Assembly: GCA_964016885.1 (NCBI GenBank)
Contig: OZ024741.1
Location: 61,938,001 to 62,002,000, forward strand
Direction of reading: 5' to 3'
Length of the DNA: 64,000 nt
Source: Eledone cirrhosa
Lineage: Eukaryota
Program-made: the position numbers and the translations under genes
Shown here: positions 15,291 to 29,599 of the stretch, piece after piece
Layout: each line of letters starts with the position of its first letter
Numbering within the stretch: position 1 is the stretch's first letter
Notes under the pieces: generated by a model
What the model was told of the DNA's origin: nothing
Seen by the model: only the letters and a program-made list of their open reading frames with translations
The model's database searches: none

Positions 15291-17206
15291 ATCCATGGGC
15301 CCTTATCTCTAGATGAAGTTGTAGGGGTGCTGTTGTGACGTATGGTATATCTTGGAACATTAGACAGGTTTGTAAGAACACAGCCAATGTCTTCCAGAGG
15401 GAGGTGAAGAGACAGAGACCAACAGAGGAAAATAGACCCCAGTACTAAACTAGTAATAAAACTAAATTTCTTAACAAAAGTTCTTACAATTATACAATTA
15501 TGATGGAGGATTTTTGGATAAATATAAACACTTTGAAAGAGTTAAATCCATAAGACCATTGGAATGTTACTTTAGATAAATTCAATTTGTCCACATATTT
15601 TGGGTAAAATACTCCTTTACAAAAGTGTTCAGAGAACAAGAGAGACGGAAGGATCCTTTAAGTTCTATTATTTCCTTATTTGTACACTATGTTTATCATG
15701 TCATGCTGTAAGTGTTTGTATTCAACATAACTTAATGTCTGTTTTCCCTGTTAGCAAAAGTTAGACTGATGATGAGAAACTCATATTGGCATAATTTTAC
15801 CAGCTGGATTCCCTTCCTATCACCTATCACTTTGTAGTGTGGACTGGGTACATTTTGTTGTGCCACCAGCACTAAAGAAGTTATCTACCATGACCTAAGA
15901 GCATTCTCTATTTCAAGGGTCTCAAACATATGAAACACAAGCCACGTGTCAGAAACAAACTAATTTTCTATGGCTTGTAGCAGAAACATTTTGATGGGGG
16001 GAAAATACATAGCAGCCTATCAGCTGTATTGAAAATTAGCATTATGACAAATGGAAATCACACACTTCCTCATCATACTTTTGGCCTGTTATACATCTTC
16101 CCCAAGATGTAATGGCCCTTTTGAAGCCTTGTGTTTGAGACCCTGGCTCTACATTATCATTTTCTCTTCAGAGTGACGTCTCTTCTGTAAGCCATAACAC
16201 AGGCAAGTTGCTTGTGTTATCACCTAGAGAGCCCACGTCTATACCATACAATCATATTTATTCAGAAAGACAGCTCTTCTAGACAGGTTACCTACACTAT
16301 GGCTTATGGAGTCTGTGTCTATTTCATATTGTAACATTTTTCATCTTTATTGCCCTCATGGCAAATCAAGAAACATTTACATATGTATATATGCATATAT
16401 ACATATGGAGAGATAGATAGATGGATGGAAGCTTGTGAATATGAAAATGAACGTTATTCCTTCATAGCAAATAAATTCATAGCCATGCAGGCAGTGAAGT
16501 CCAAATTTTCACTATAAACTATGTTATGTTTTAATCTAACAGAACAACTGAAGGAATAGTTGCTATTGATTTCTTTTGATTTTTAAATATTGATTCCTTT
16601 TGAAGTAATATATATTATTGAAATGCTATTATGGCCCACACTGTTGGAAATTACTGCTATTGCCATAGTATTATTTAGAAGAATTTCTGAGAATACAGTT
16701 ATACATTTTTAACTTTTTCTCTGCTTTTCCAAGAGTTTTCAACTCTTTAATCTATTCTTTCTTTTCACCGATGTAGGAACTACCAACGTCGTCATAGACA
16801 ACATATCACATACAATTTTATTGATTGTTTTTATTCAATTTTGGAATTATATTATTATTTGATGCCTTAGAAGAATCCTTACGATAAAGAATTATCTCCC
16901 TTCAACAACAACTCTTTTGTGTTGGAATATTTACCCTTGTAAAAAAATATGGGGCGTACATCAAAAAATACATTTATCTGCCAATTTTTTTATTGTGTTA
17001 CTTCCAATGTTAGCATTTTTTTCCTATTTCCCTCTACTCTATTTACAAATTCTCCAATTCTAGCACTAACAAGATGTTTATTTTGCAATTTATGGATATT
17101 CTGAAGAGCTGTTATTCCTACATTTAAACACCTGAGCACCTATCCTCAGATATGTTTTATTTTCTTTCATGAACTCCATCAATCCAATGAGTTGTTATCT
17201 CTGGCT

Positions 17207-18092
17207 TTGATCCTTTTAATACCAAACTGCCCCTGATTTAGGGATACAAAACTATTTGTATTAACACTTTAGCATTTACATTACTCTATATATACTAGTA
17301 CATTTTTGTGGTAAATGCTTTATCTTACCTAATTATATCACATAATATCAAATCTATGAGATGCTGGTGTTATTTATTTTGAGAACAATACCTTAACATA
17401 AGTTATGGCTGGTTTAAACAGAAGCAAGTGAAAGAATTCTAGCTGGATATGGCTGGTTTAAATGCTAAAGAGTTAAAATGATTATATTTATCTAAAACCT
17501 TCCATCATAATTTTATGTAAGAACCTTTAAAATATGTTCCAAACACCAGTTTATTAATGAAAAAGTTTTGTCACCAAATCCCTCTGAATCTTGATTTGAA
17601 AATCATAGGTGGTGTCTTTAATTAAAAATATTGTAATAAAAGTGTTAATTAATGAATTCATTAGTTATACCATTTAACCCTTTTATTCCTATTAGTTCAT
17701 GGTGATACACCCAATACTTGCTAGCAGGGAAACAGGCATTAACTGATGATCATTTCTAATGAAATTGACAAAGCATTGATAAGGTCTCTGATTAAGAATT
17801 TAATTAACTATTCAAAATTGAACTACAATCAGTGTGTGTTAATTAGTAAATGACACAAAGTACAGCAAAATACTCACTACATTTTTCAATTAAATTTGAA
17901 AATAATTGAGAATTTGCAGCAATTTAGTAAAATAACTAACTTTGTAATTATTGAGCTGGTTTTTTAAATATAACAAATTAGGGTTTCATAAACTTAAGAT
18001 AGGCTCTAATTTGATATGAGCACTTTAAAATGGACAGTTTTGTATCATAGGACAAACGGACATCTCAGGTGGGCTGGTAGTGAAAAGGTTAA
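17207..18092. mobile_element. Nested piggyBac-like (TTAA) MITEs, degenerate
   Basis: Inner element 17261-17476: ttaa-cactttagcattta...taaatgctaaagag-ttaa. Outer imperfect TIRs ccttttaataccaaactgccc / ggtgggctggtagtgaaaagg-ttaa. Confidence 0.5.
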
Positions 18093-19999
18093 CTGTGCTT
18101 AATCATGGTTGTCATCATCATCATCGCAGTTTTTCTGTGCTACAATGGATTTAACAGGTTGTCATGATCTGAGGCTTGAGGAGTTTAGGGTCCACATCTT
18201 GCAGATGCGTTTCGATTTTGGGATGGTTTTTACAGCTGTATTATACCAAACACTTTATAGAGTGTACTTGGTGAATTTTATCATGATTCCAACACTACCA
18301 CTTTATAGGCATGTGTGCCCTTAACATAGTTCTCAGGAAGATTCACCAAGACAAAACTGGCCCTTTAAATTACAGGTGCAACTCACTTTTGCCATATGAG
18401 TGGACAGGAACAATAGATACACGCTAACCACTAAGCCATGCACCTCCACACTTATATAATACAATGGTACTTCACAGGCAGTGTAACAAAGTCATATTTC
18501 ATTTATATGAGAGTAAGTTAATATTTCAAAGACAATATATCAAGTGGATATACCAGAGTGAGTCACAAGGTAATATTTCACACACACATATTCAAAAACA
18601 TACACAGACACTTACATATACACAAACACACATATATGCAAACAAACACACCCATGCAAACAAACAGAAACAAATGCAAACACACACATACGAACAAACA
18701 CATATATAACATGATATGATAAATTGATATTTCACATAAGATATATTTCAAAGAGATATTCCACTGTAATATGTATTACTATCCACCAACCACTTAGTAA
18801 TGGTGGTGGTAGTAGCAATAACAGTAGTGGTTAGTGGTGCTGATGCTGGTAAGGTGGTGGAAGATGGTAGTGACCAGTGGTAGTAGTGGAGGAGGAGGTG
18901 TAAGTTACAAACCTAACAGATTCCCCCCACTCCAAACATGACAAATATTCTGAAGTTACCATATAAATTCATGAGGAGAGGATTTTTCTAAAGTAAACAA
19001 AATTCTTTCGATTGCATCAGTTTTTCCCAGCTTGAAATGTCTAACTTAGGAATAGACATTTGTATTTTGGCATCAATTTTGCCACATCACTGAACTGACC
19101 TACCAATAACTTCCTATTGATCTTTGAACTATCATCATCATCATCATTGCCATCATGGGTTGGACAGATCGTCACCAGCCAAGTTAGTAATTAATCAGTG
19201 CTACTGACCTCTCACTCTGGGGGGTTTTGCTTACATACATTCTTGCACTGTCCACAGTGCACCAGGTCTTCTTTATTGTGACACCAGCATGAGGCTGGCT
19301 GTTGTGCTTTTGCATCGACAGAAGTATCCTCCTGACCATTTGTTAGCAAGTTTCCTATGGTAGCATGTCTTTTCTAATCCCAACCCCTTTACGGAGTGCA
19401 CTAGGTGTGTTTTAACATGACATTACTTAAAGCAACTGACCTCTGAGATGTGATGGAGCCCACATCTTGCTTACATATGTTCCTACATTCTCCAAAATGC
19501 ATTGGAAGCATACTATTGTGATACCAGCACTAGGGAGGTTGTCATGTCTTTGACACAACCTAAGAGTCCTCTTCATCTTTTGTTTGGTGAGTTTAGTATG
19601 GTTGGATGCCCTTGCAATCACCAACAACTTAACAGAGTAAAGTTGGCGTGTTTATCATATCACCAACTGAGAAATCATCTTGATTCTTTTAGAAGGAAAT
19701 CAAAACCACAACACCTTTCAACTTATATTGGAATTTTATTCATATTTGCAACCTTGCATATGCAATATTTAAAAACAAATGACAGCATCACATTGACAAT
19801 TTAAGCCTTTAATACTGCAAATTTTCACAATGATCTGTCCACTAGTAAATATACTGTAAACATTTGGATTAATAAAACTGTTTTTGAATATTTTCTGCTA
19901 AATCCTTTTTTCCTTCAATGTTAGGACTTAAGATTGAAGTGAGCTTGTTAACTGCTCTAATGTAGTAAAATATTTTATATAGTATGAAATAATCATAGA

Positions 20000-20046
<47 letters not shown>

Positions 20047-21596
20047 TGAGAAATTACAGCCAGCTAGTAAATCCCAAGTTGTAAATATGTTTGTACTCTT
20101 GGATCTCAAATAATCGCCCTCCCCCAATTCAATAATTTTTCTTATTCCTCCCTCCTCCACTTCAGCATATTAAATTTGGCTAATCTATCTTCAACATAAT
20201 TTTATTTGAAGCAGTAGCATTCTTGTGACAATTAATTTTCTTTATAAATTAAAAAACATTGCACATGACAAAAAAAGAACATTACAAGAAATTCCATCAT
20301 CATCACGATTTAACATCCATTTTTCCATGCAAGCATAAAATAAAGAGGATGGCTTGTAAACTAAATGACTTGTAAACTAAATGTGGTTTTAAAAAAAACC
20401 ATAAAATGTCTTATTCGGGGACACTATATGCAGCCAAGAATCAAACTGACAGTTGTACAATTGTGAACCACACACCCTAACCACTAAGCCACATGCCTTC
20501 AAATATATGGTCTCCTTGTCTACGAAGTTTATCTGTAAATATCCACACATCAGTTTACAGAATGATCTCATTAGCACAAACAAACTATAACTTTTTATGA
20601 AGTTAATTAATTTCAAAATCCTAAATTCAATCTAAGAATGTATAAATTGTCTTTGAAATATAAAAGTCAGACAGAACCTCACTGTAACAGTAATCAATGT
20701 GCATTTAGATGCATTTTGATAATACATCATAACCTTTATTACAATATTCATTATATAACCTTTTCACAGTCATTAAAAGGGAACTGAGGACCTGTTTTAA
20801 ACATTTAAGTGTCAAAACTGCTTCAAGACAATATTATCCAATATTTATTTTATTGCATTTTAGAACCATTTAGAGTTCATCTTTCATCCTTTTCATTTCC
20901 TGACCTCTTGTCTGTAATTAATAAGTTTTAAGAGACAGGTGAACTAACAGCAATCAATGCAAAGATCTCTTTATATCATGGCTACACTTCTGCATTTAAA
21001 TATCTCATCGCATCTGATTTGAGGATTATGTTCTAAAAATGTTTTTATTATCTTTGTTTTATAATAATTATGATGATCATCATCATCCTCCATCGTTGTT
21101 GTTACATGATCTTCCAGAGTCTAATGTAATTATTATGGTGCTTTATTAGCCATTCTGTGACTTCCAAGTGTGTTATTCGCCTATGAAAGTTTGAAATTTC
21201 ACATTCCATTAAATTCGTCTGTGAAATTTGTCTGAAGTTTTCTCTCTGTTAATCAATGACTTAGTGTGTAGTTCATGATCGTCACAATTGTTATCATTGT
21301 CATCATCGTTGTTATCATCATTGTCGCCATCATCATTGATATCATGACCATCAGCGGCGGTGATGTCATCATTGTCATCGACATCATATTCATCACGGTT
21401 GTCATCATTGTTATTGACATTGTCATCATCAATGTCACCATCATCATTGTCACCCATTGCCAGCATTACTGTTGACTTCATTGTCATCATCATGAGCACA
21501 ATCACCACCATCACAACCACTACCACCAACAGACAACTGTGATCCTCCTCCACACTATACCTTCCATAAACAGTTGTAGTCTTTCCATACTTGGAG

Positions 21597-24500
21597 GATT
21601 AGCTCTGACGATTGGTGGAATTAGTGGTCTTATCATGGTTGAGTGGTTAGCTCTGACTATTGGTGGAATTAGTGGTCTGACCATGGTTGAGTGGTTAGCT
21701 CTGACTATTGGTGGAATTAGTGGTCTTACCATGGTTGAGTGGTTAGTCCTGACTATTGGTGGAATTAGTGGTCTTACCATGGTTGAGTGGTTAGTCCTGA
21801 CTATTGGTAGAATTAGTGGTCTTACCATGGTTGAGTGGTTAGTCCTGACTATTGGTAGAATTAGTGGTCTTACCATGGTTGAGTGGTTAGTCCTGACTAT
21901 TGGTAGAATTAGTGGATCTACCATGGTTGAGTGGTTAGTCCTGACTATTGGTGGAATTAGTGGTTCTACCATGGTTGAGTGGTTAGTCCTGACTATTGGT
22001 GGAATTAGTGGTCTTACCATGGTTGAGTGGTTAGTCCTGACTATTGGTGGAATTAGTGGTTCTACCATGGTTGAGTGGTTAGTCCTGACTATTGGTGGAA
22101 TTAGTGGTTCTACCATGGTTGAGTGGTTAGTCCTGACTATTGGTGGAATTAGTGGTCTTACCATGGTTGAGTGGTTAGTCCTGACTATTGGTAGAATTAG
22201 TGGTCTTACCATGGTTGAGTGGTTAGTCCTGACTATTGGTAGAATTAGTGGTCTTACCATGGTTGAGTGGTTAGTCCTGACTATTGGTAGAATTAGTGGA
22301 TCTACCATGGTTGAGTGGTTAGTCCTGACTATTGGTGGAATTAGTGGTTCTACCATTGTTGAGTGGTGAGTCCTGACTATTGGTGGAATTAGTGGTCTTA
22401 CCATGGTTGAGTGGTTAGCTCTGACTATTGGTGGAATTAGTGGTCTGACCATGGTTGAGTGGTTAGTCCTGACTATTGGTGGAATTAGTGGTTCTACCAT
22501 GGTTGAGTGGTTAGTCCTGACTATTGGTGGAATTAGTGGTTTACCATGGTTGAGTGGTTAGTCCTGACTATTGGTGGAATTGGTGGTCTTACCATGGTTG
22601 AGTGGTTAGTCCTGACTATTGGTGGAATTAGTGGTTCTACCATGGTTAAGTGGTTAGTCCTGACTATTGGTGGAATTAGTGGTTCTACCATGGTTGAGTG
22701 GTTAGTCCTGACTATTGGTGGAATTAGTGGTTTACCATGGTTGAGTGGTTAGTCCTAACTATTGGTGGAATTAGTGGTCTTACCATGGTTGAGTGGTTAG
22801 TCCTGACTATTGGTGGAATTAGTGGTTCTACCATGGTTAAGTGGTTAGTCCTGACTATTGGTGGAATTAGTGGTTCTACCATGGCTAAGTGGTTAGTCCT
22901 GACTATTGGTGGAATTAGTGGTCTTACCATGGTTGAGTGGTTAGCTCTGACTATTGGTGGAATTAGTGGTCTGACCATGGTTGAGTGGTTAGTCCTGACT
23001 ATTGGTGGAATTAGTGGTCTTACCATGGTTGAGTGGTTAGTCTTGACTATTGGTGGAATTAGTGGTCTTACCATGGTTGAGTGGTTAGTCTTGACTATTG
23101 GTGGAATTAGTGGTCTTACCATGCTTGAGTGGTTAGTCCTGACTATTGGTGGAATTAGTGGTCTTACCATGGTTGAGTGGTTAGTCCTGACTATTGGTGG
23201 AATTAGTGGTTCTACCATGGTTGAGTGGTTAGTCCTGACTATTGGTGGAATTAGTGGTCTTACCATGGTTGAGTGGTTAGTCCTGACTATTGGTGGAATT
23301 AGTGGTCTTACCATGGTTGAGTGGTTAGTCCTGACTATTGGTGGAATTAGTGGTTCTACCATGGTTGAGTGGTTAGCTCTGACTATTGGTGGAATTAGTG
23401 GTCTTACCATGGTTGAGTGGTTAGTCCTGACTATTGGTGGAATTAGTGGTTCTACCATGGTTGAGTGGTTAGTCCTGACTATTGGTGGAATTAGTGGTTC
23501 TACCATGGTTGAGTGGTTAGCTCTGACTATTGGTGGAATTAGTGGTCTTACCATGGTTGAGTGGTTAGTCCTGACTATTGGTGGAATTAGTGGTTCTACC
23601 ATGGTTGAGTGGTTAGTCCTGACTATTGGTGGAATTAGTGGTCTTACCATGGTTGAGTGGTTAGTCCTGACTATTGGTGGAATTAGTGGTCTTACCATGG
23701 TTGAGTGGTTAGTCCTGACTATTGGTGGAATTAGTGGTCTTACCATGGTTGAGTGGTTAGTCCTGACTATTGGTGGAATTAGTGGTTCTACCATTGTTGA
23801 GTGGTTAGTCTTGACTATTGGTGGAATTAGTGGTCTTACCATGGTTGAGTGGTTAGTCCTGACTATTGGTGGAATTAGTGGTTCTACCATGGTTGAGTGG
23901 TTAGTCCTGACTATTGGTGGAATTAGTGGTTCTACCATGGTTGAGTGGTTAGTCCTGACTATTGGTGGAATTAGTGGTCTTACCATGGTTGAGTGGTTAG
24001 TCCTGACTATTGGTGGAATTAGTGGTTCTACCATGGTTGAGTGGTTAGTCCTGACTATTGGTGGAATTAGTGGTCTGACCATGGTTGAGTGGTTAGTCCT
24101 GACTATTGGTGGAATTAGTGGTTCTACCATTGTTGAGTGGTTAGTCCTGACTATTGGTGGAATTAGTGGTTCTACCATGGTTGAGTGGTTAGTCCTGACT
24201 ATTGGTGGAATTAGTGGTTCTACCATGGTTGAGTGGTTAGTCCTGACTATTGGTGGAATTAGTGGTCTGACCATGGTTGAGTGGTTAGTCCTGACTATTG
24301 GTGGAATTAGTGGTTCTACCATTGTTGAGTGGTTAGTCCTGACTATTGGTGGAATTAGTGGTTCTACCATGGTTGAGTGGTTAGTTCTGACTATTGGTGG
24401 AATTAGTGGTCTGACCATGGTTGAGTGGTTAGTCCTGACTATTGGTGGAATTAGTGGTTTACCATGGTTGAGTGATTAGCTCTGACTATTGGTGGAATTA

Positions 24501-24780
24501 GTGATCTTACCATGGTTGAGTGGTTAGTCCTGACTATTGGTAGAATTAGTGGTTCTACCATGGTTGAGTGGTTAGTCCTGACTATCGGTGGAATTAGTGG
24601 TCTTACCATGACAGTGATTAGCTCTTTTAATGGTCTTCTAATGGTTGAGTGGTTAGTCTTGACTATTGTTGAAATTAGTGTTTCTATGGCTGAATGATTA
24701 GCCCTGACTACAGGTGAAGTTAGCAGTCTTCCAATAGTTGTGAGGTTAGCCCTGACTATTGGTGGGAATAACGGTATTCC
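21597..24780. repeat. 48-bp minisatellite array (~65 units), consensus CCATGGTTGAGTGGTTAGTCCTGACTATTGGTGGAATTAGTGGTCTTA
   Basis: Visible tandem units with degenerate ends; internal tagtc-ct-gacta inverted repeat. Confidence 0.98.
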
Positions 24781-24861
24781 CATGGAAAATGGACGTTTAT
24801 GGTTACGTTGATGACATGAGCTACTAAGATTATAGTGCCTAGGTTCTTGTGTATTTAACTA

Positions 24862-25045
24862 TAATTGTTTCTACTGTTGGCACAAGGCCAGTAATTACCC
24901 AGTGCATTACTGGTACTTTATTTTATCGACCCCGTAAGGATGAAAGGCAAATTTAATCTCGGAGCGATTTGAACTCAGAATGGAAAGGGCCGTAACTCTA
25001 TGTGTCAAAGCATGGCGTCCGACCCTCTACCAATACACCGCGATA
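24862..25045 (-). mobile_element. tRNA-derived SINE with Nin/Deu-like central domain
   Basis: Reverse complement contains gagttcaaatc, gcctttcatccttacggggtcgataaaataaagtaccag and the same tail as 55181. Confidence 0.8.
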
Positions 25046-25321
25046 ATTTATATGTAGATCTATTCTACTCCATTGCTAACCATCAGTATGCATGGGTTGT
25101 TTCCATTGAATCCAAATCTCTACCAGTACTTCACCTTGCTCTGGTCATATAATTTGGTGCGTTATATTTGTGAGGGTCCTAGCAATAGTTAATTGTATTT
25201 GTTATTTGTTTATATTTGTGTTTATATTTTTATTACAAAAGAATTGTAAGCAATGTTTAATGTTATGTATATATTTGAAATGCTAAATTCCTTTATATTA
25301 GAAATATATATATATATATAT

Positions 25322-26102
25322 ATGCCTGCATACGAACAGCAATGTTGCATGGTAGTGAGACCTGGGCATTGTGTGCAGAGGATATACGCAGACTAGAGAG
25401 GAACGAAGCTTGCATGCTCCGCTGGATGTGTAACAGTAATATACGTGAACGGCAAAGCATAAACGAACTAAGGAAAAAATTAGAGATAAGAGGGATCAGA
25501 TGTTGTTTACTCGAGAGAAGGCTGCGTTGGTATGGACACGTGATGCGCATGAAAGTCGATAGCTGTATAACAAAGTGCAGGGCAATAAAGATAGACGGTA
25601 GCCACGGAATAGGCAGACCTAGAAAAACATGGGATGAGCTGATAAACTCCGACCTCACACACTTACACCTCTCCAAGACAATGTCACTGGACCGAGACCT
25701 TTGGCGGTACTCAGTAACAGAGAAGACCCGCCTTGCCAGTAGGCATCTCTAACAAAATACACCCCGTCCCGCCACCACCCCCACCCCACCCACACCACCC
25801 CGTTCTATGTAAAGTTATGTTGGTGCCGCGCCATCCAGGCCGAAACAAATGAGATCGTGTAGGTGTCACGACAAAAAAACACACAGTCCACGCTGTAATG
25901 TGGCCATGTAGGCAACACGGTAAAAACCTCCCAGACCCACACTGTAAATGTGGTTGGTGTTAGGAAGGGCATCCAACTTTAGAAAACCTGCCAGACAGTC
26001 CTATGCGAGCAAGACAATCACTCTTGCCTCAAGTGGGACTACCCCCGTCCAAACCCATGCAAGCGTGGAACACGGACGTTAAACGTTGATGATGATGATG
26101 AT
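25322..26102 (+). mobile_element. 5'-truncated RTE LINE, same family as 40118-42258
   Basis: ORF 25342-25752 nearly identical to the C-terminus of the 539-aa ORF; same 3' UTR and (GAT)n tail; starts at a (TA)n tract. Confidence 0.93.
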
Positions 26103-27074
26103 TTCTTCATTGTAAAAAAAAGTGCAACAGTTTCAGTTCCTCTTGGATATTGTCTTGTCATCTCTTCAATAGTCAGCCTCTGTTTCTCAGGCCTTGGAAA
26201 TCTCCTTTGAATACTCAATTGATCATGTTTGTGGTTTTATATAACTTATGAGATATAACAACATAACTTCTAACACCCTGTAATGATTTACCAGAAAATA
26301 TCTAAAAACAGGATTTTATGTTTCAAATGTTTATAGTAACTTTGCTAGTGGACAGATTGTTATACAAATTTGCAGTATTAGAATAAAGACTTATTTTTAA
26401 TGTCATAATGCTGTTTTGTAATTTTCAAGAATGTTTTGCTAAGGGTTAAATCTCTACAAAAACATTTGCTGTGCACACGTTTTCAATAAATAAATAACGA
26501 AGATGGAAAGAAAATATTGATTTTTTTTCAATGTTTTTCTTTCAGCATAAAAAAAAACCTTCCATATTTACATATGGCTGACAAAACCCTTTACCTTGAT
26601 ATTTTATCAAATCTGAGATAAGGATCAGGTTTAGAAATAACAAATGAATAATTAAACAGCTGAATAAATAAACAAATGACTAAATACAAATATAAAGGTT
26701 AGCAATGGTGGTTTTATTAAAAGTGTCATACCCATCCACACATATATATATAATCAGGAAGTGTTCGCGGTTCAAAGACTGGGGAAGACCACAAATCAAG
26801 GTAATACTTGATGCATATTGAGTTGCAGAGTATGCCATCATAACTGCTGTTTTACATCTGCTTTTTCCAGGCTTGCATGGATTAGATGGGACTTTTCTAG
26901 CACATATCTCTTCACTCATCCACCCTCCATATATAGATATATTGTGTCATTATTTAATATAGAAATGGCTTCTACAGGACTAGAACTGTTTCATTTATAT
27001 GAACTCATCAGCATTCATATGAAATAATTGGCATTCTCGACAATTTCCTACTTGAACTTCTCCACCTGCTTCAG

Positions 27075-27300
27075 TGGAAGTCCATCCATGTGCAGAATGC
27101 ATTGCACAGGCTTCCTTGAGAAGACAAGTGTCTCAGTCTTTGCAGCAATTATTTTTATCTAAAAACAGGATTTTATCAGCATCACACCTATCAAGTGTAT
27201 ATCAAAGATCACCTAATGAATTAAATAATACCATGGCATCTGCAAAGTCCAGCCTGTCTGCACATGTCAATCCTGTTTATGAAGATTATGAACAAGAAAG
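27075..27300 (+). CDS. Candidate internal host exon (226 nt), product unknown; contains an NPxY motif
   Basis: Polypyrimidine tract + cag acceptor (cttctccacctgcttcag), AAG|GTAACA donor, open frame VEVHPCAEC...HVNPVYEDYEQE in non-repetitive sequence. Confidence 0.5.
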
Positions 27301-27709
27301 GTAACAGTATGCACACAATGTTTATTTGTTTGCAATATACACCTGAGTTGTAAGCTGTAAGGACAATGCATCCTTTAAAACTTCCATACTTCCCAAAATT
27401 TGCCAACGCTACGCCTGTTGTGTGTGCCTGTGTGTATATCATGACTCATATACTGTTCACTTTTACAACACTTATATTATTCTATGTACTATGCATGCAC
27501 CTTTGATGAGTGCACCTGAGCACTGTACATAATAATTTTCATTATTATTTTCGTTATTTTAAATATATAAATAAATAAAGAAAGAAATCATTATTATTTA
27601 CGTTATTTTAAATATATATGTAATATTATTGAGATTTTGATAGATGACATGGTACAAGTGATAAAAAATATGCTACATGGCTGTATTATGGAGGAGCTTT
27701 ATATACAAA

Positions 27710-28887
27710 CTAGCAGTAAAGCCTGGCGTTGCTCGGGGTCGCTCAGTAGCTGTGTTAAAGTTACAATGTTAAGTTTCTTTTTTGGCTTAAAAACTGTAGT
27801 GTCTACTGTGCAGACTTGCATGTGGTGTTTTTGATTAATATTCCCTCAACCAACAATATGCCTTATGAAGTTAAGAAAACATAACGATAACCCGAATGTT
27901 ATAACAAAAGAGGATGCTGGGGATAAAAACTGCACTGGTTATTTATTAACAAAGATCGAAAATGTAAACACCGCAACGCAGAGAAAAACATTAGCGTAAC
28001 CAAATTATCAGTTATGTCTGTCTGCACGCCTATATCACCTCTCTGCACGACTGTCTGTCTGCACGCCTATATCACCTCTCTGCACGACTGTCTGTCTGCA
28101 CGCCTATATCAACTCTCTGCACGACTGTCTGTCTGCACGCCTATATCACCTCTCTGCACGACTGTCTGTCTGCACGCCTATATCACCTCTCTGCACGACT
28201 GTCTGTCTGCACGACTGTATGTCTGCACGCCTAACGAAATTTACAGATACATATATTTTAAATAAACTTATATAATTTTTGCTTTTTTTTACGAAATATT
28301 TGCTTGTTTTACGTAGTCTTTAAATAGACTTGTTTTCAAGTAAAAATATTGTTTTAAAAGGCTTTTAAATGGAAATGAAGCAAAACGGAAGCTTAGTGTT
28401 CGAACTGATGAATTTTGCAGGTCAAAATTTTGCTGGCTCGACAACTGTTCGTGTATTGTGTTAATGTCATTTTAAACGCTGAGAAAGCCAGCGTAATTTT
28501 TTTAATTTTTGCCAGCGTAATTTTTTTTATTTTTGCACGCAGAAAATGTAAACAGAACGTAAGACGCTACGCTGAATGTAAACAGAACAAAGGGAAATCA
28601 TTTTTTTAATTTTTGCACGCAGAAAATGTAAAGAGAACGTAAGACGCTACGCTGAATGTAAACAGAACAAAGGGAAATAACTGATCACTTACGCTCAAAA
28701 TTCGATACATTATATTCGATTTCGTCAGATAGGGCGGGTCAATTTGAAATATTTTTTTTCCGATGTCTTCGCTAGGGCTCAATGTACAAGTATAGCAATT
28801 TCGGTGCAATTCCGTGAGAGATTCTAAGAGGAGATGTGTGCCAAAAATCGATAGACAGACAGACAACCTCAGTTTTATATATATAGA
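27710..28887 (-). mobile_element. Non-autonomous Helitron
   Basis: Minus strand: A|TCTATATATATAAAACTG, (CTGT)n near the 5' end, 3' hairpin cccgagcaacgccagg followed by CTAG|T; A/T target with no TSD. Confidence 0.82.
28015..28232. repeat. 37-bp tandem repeat inside the Helitron
   Basis: ctgtctgtctgcacgcctatatcacctctctgcacga, about 5 copies; a further ~77-bp duplication at 28525-28680. Confidence 0.93.
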
Positions 28888-29599
28888 TGATGTAATGATG
28901 ATGTTTTTTTTTCTTTTTGTTTGTTTGTTCTTTTTTTTAGCTCCAGAAAGAAGGGTCATATTATACACAAATAAATGCAGCAATTTAAAATTGGAAAACA
29001 TATTTTACTGCCCCATTATTATTATTATTATTATTATTATTGTGATGATGATGATGATGATGATATTTAGCTTGCAGTTTAGATATTATAAAAATATAAA
29101 TATACTGAAATGAAATATTGAAATATAAACTCAGCAATTGAAAATATGACTTAATTAAAACTATATTCAATAGAGGCAAGTATAAGGAAGAAGATCAATT
29201 ATTACTAATTAGAAAACAATCGGTAAAATTAGTAATCAAATTTAAAAAAAATAATAATTGAATAATTTCGTCTTGAAATGGTGGATCTAAAATTATGATA
29301 AACGGCAATTCAGTGTTGATCATTATATGCAGAGAAGCAAAATGAAAAAAATATATATAATAATTTTAAAAAACAATAATAATATAAATATTTCCAATTA
29401 GTCAATTATAGAGACCTTAGTAAAGCTAGCTTATGAAAATAGAGATTTAATTAATAATTTCTATGTAAACATATTGTATTTTTTTGCTGAGCAGCAATCT
29501 TTCACAGTAAAACTGTTCTTTTTTTTTATATATACTAATTTCATAAATTCATGGGCTGTATAGGAGATCACTGAATTCATCACCATCAACATTATCATC

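Noticed and set aside
16171-16281. Possible exon after ttttctcttcag (SDVSSVSHNTG...)
   Set aside because: The frame ends in a stop with no canonical donor and no other support.
26975-27016. CTGATGA...GAAAC on the minus strand; also ctgatga at 17743, 28405, 32441, 61219
   Set aside because: No convincing stems I-III; chance matches or LINE coding sequence.
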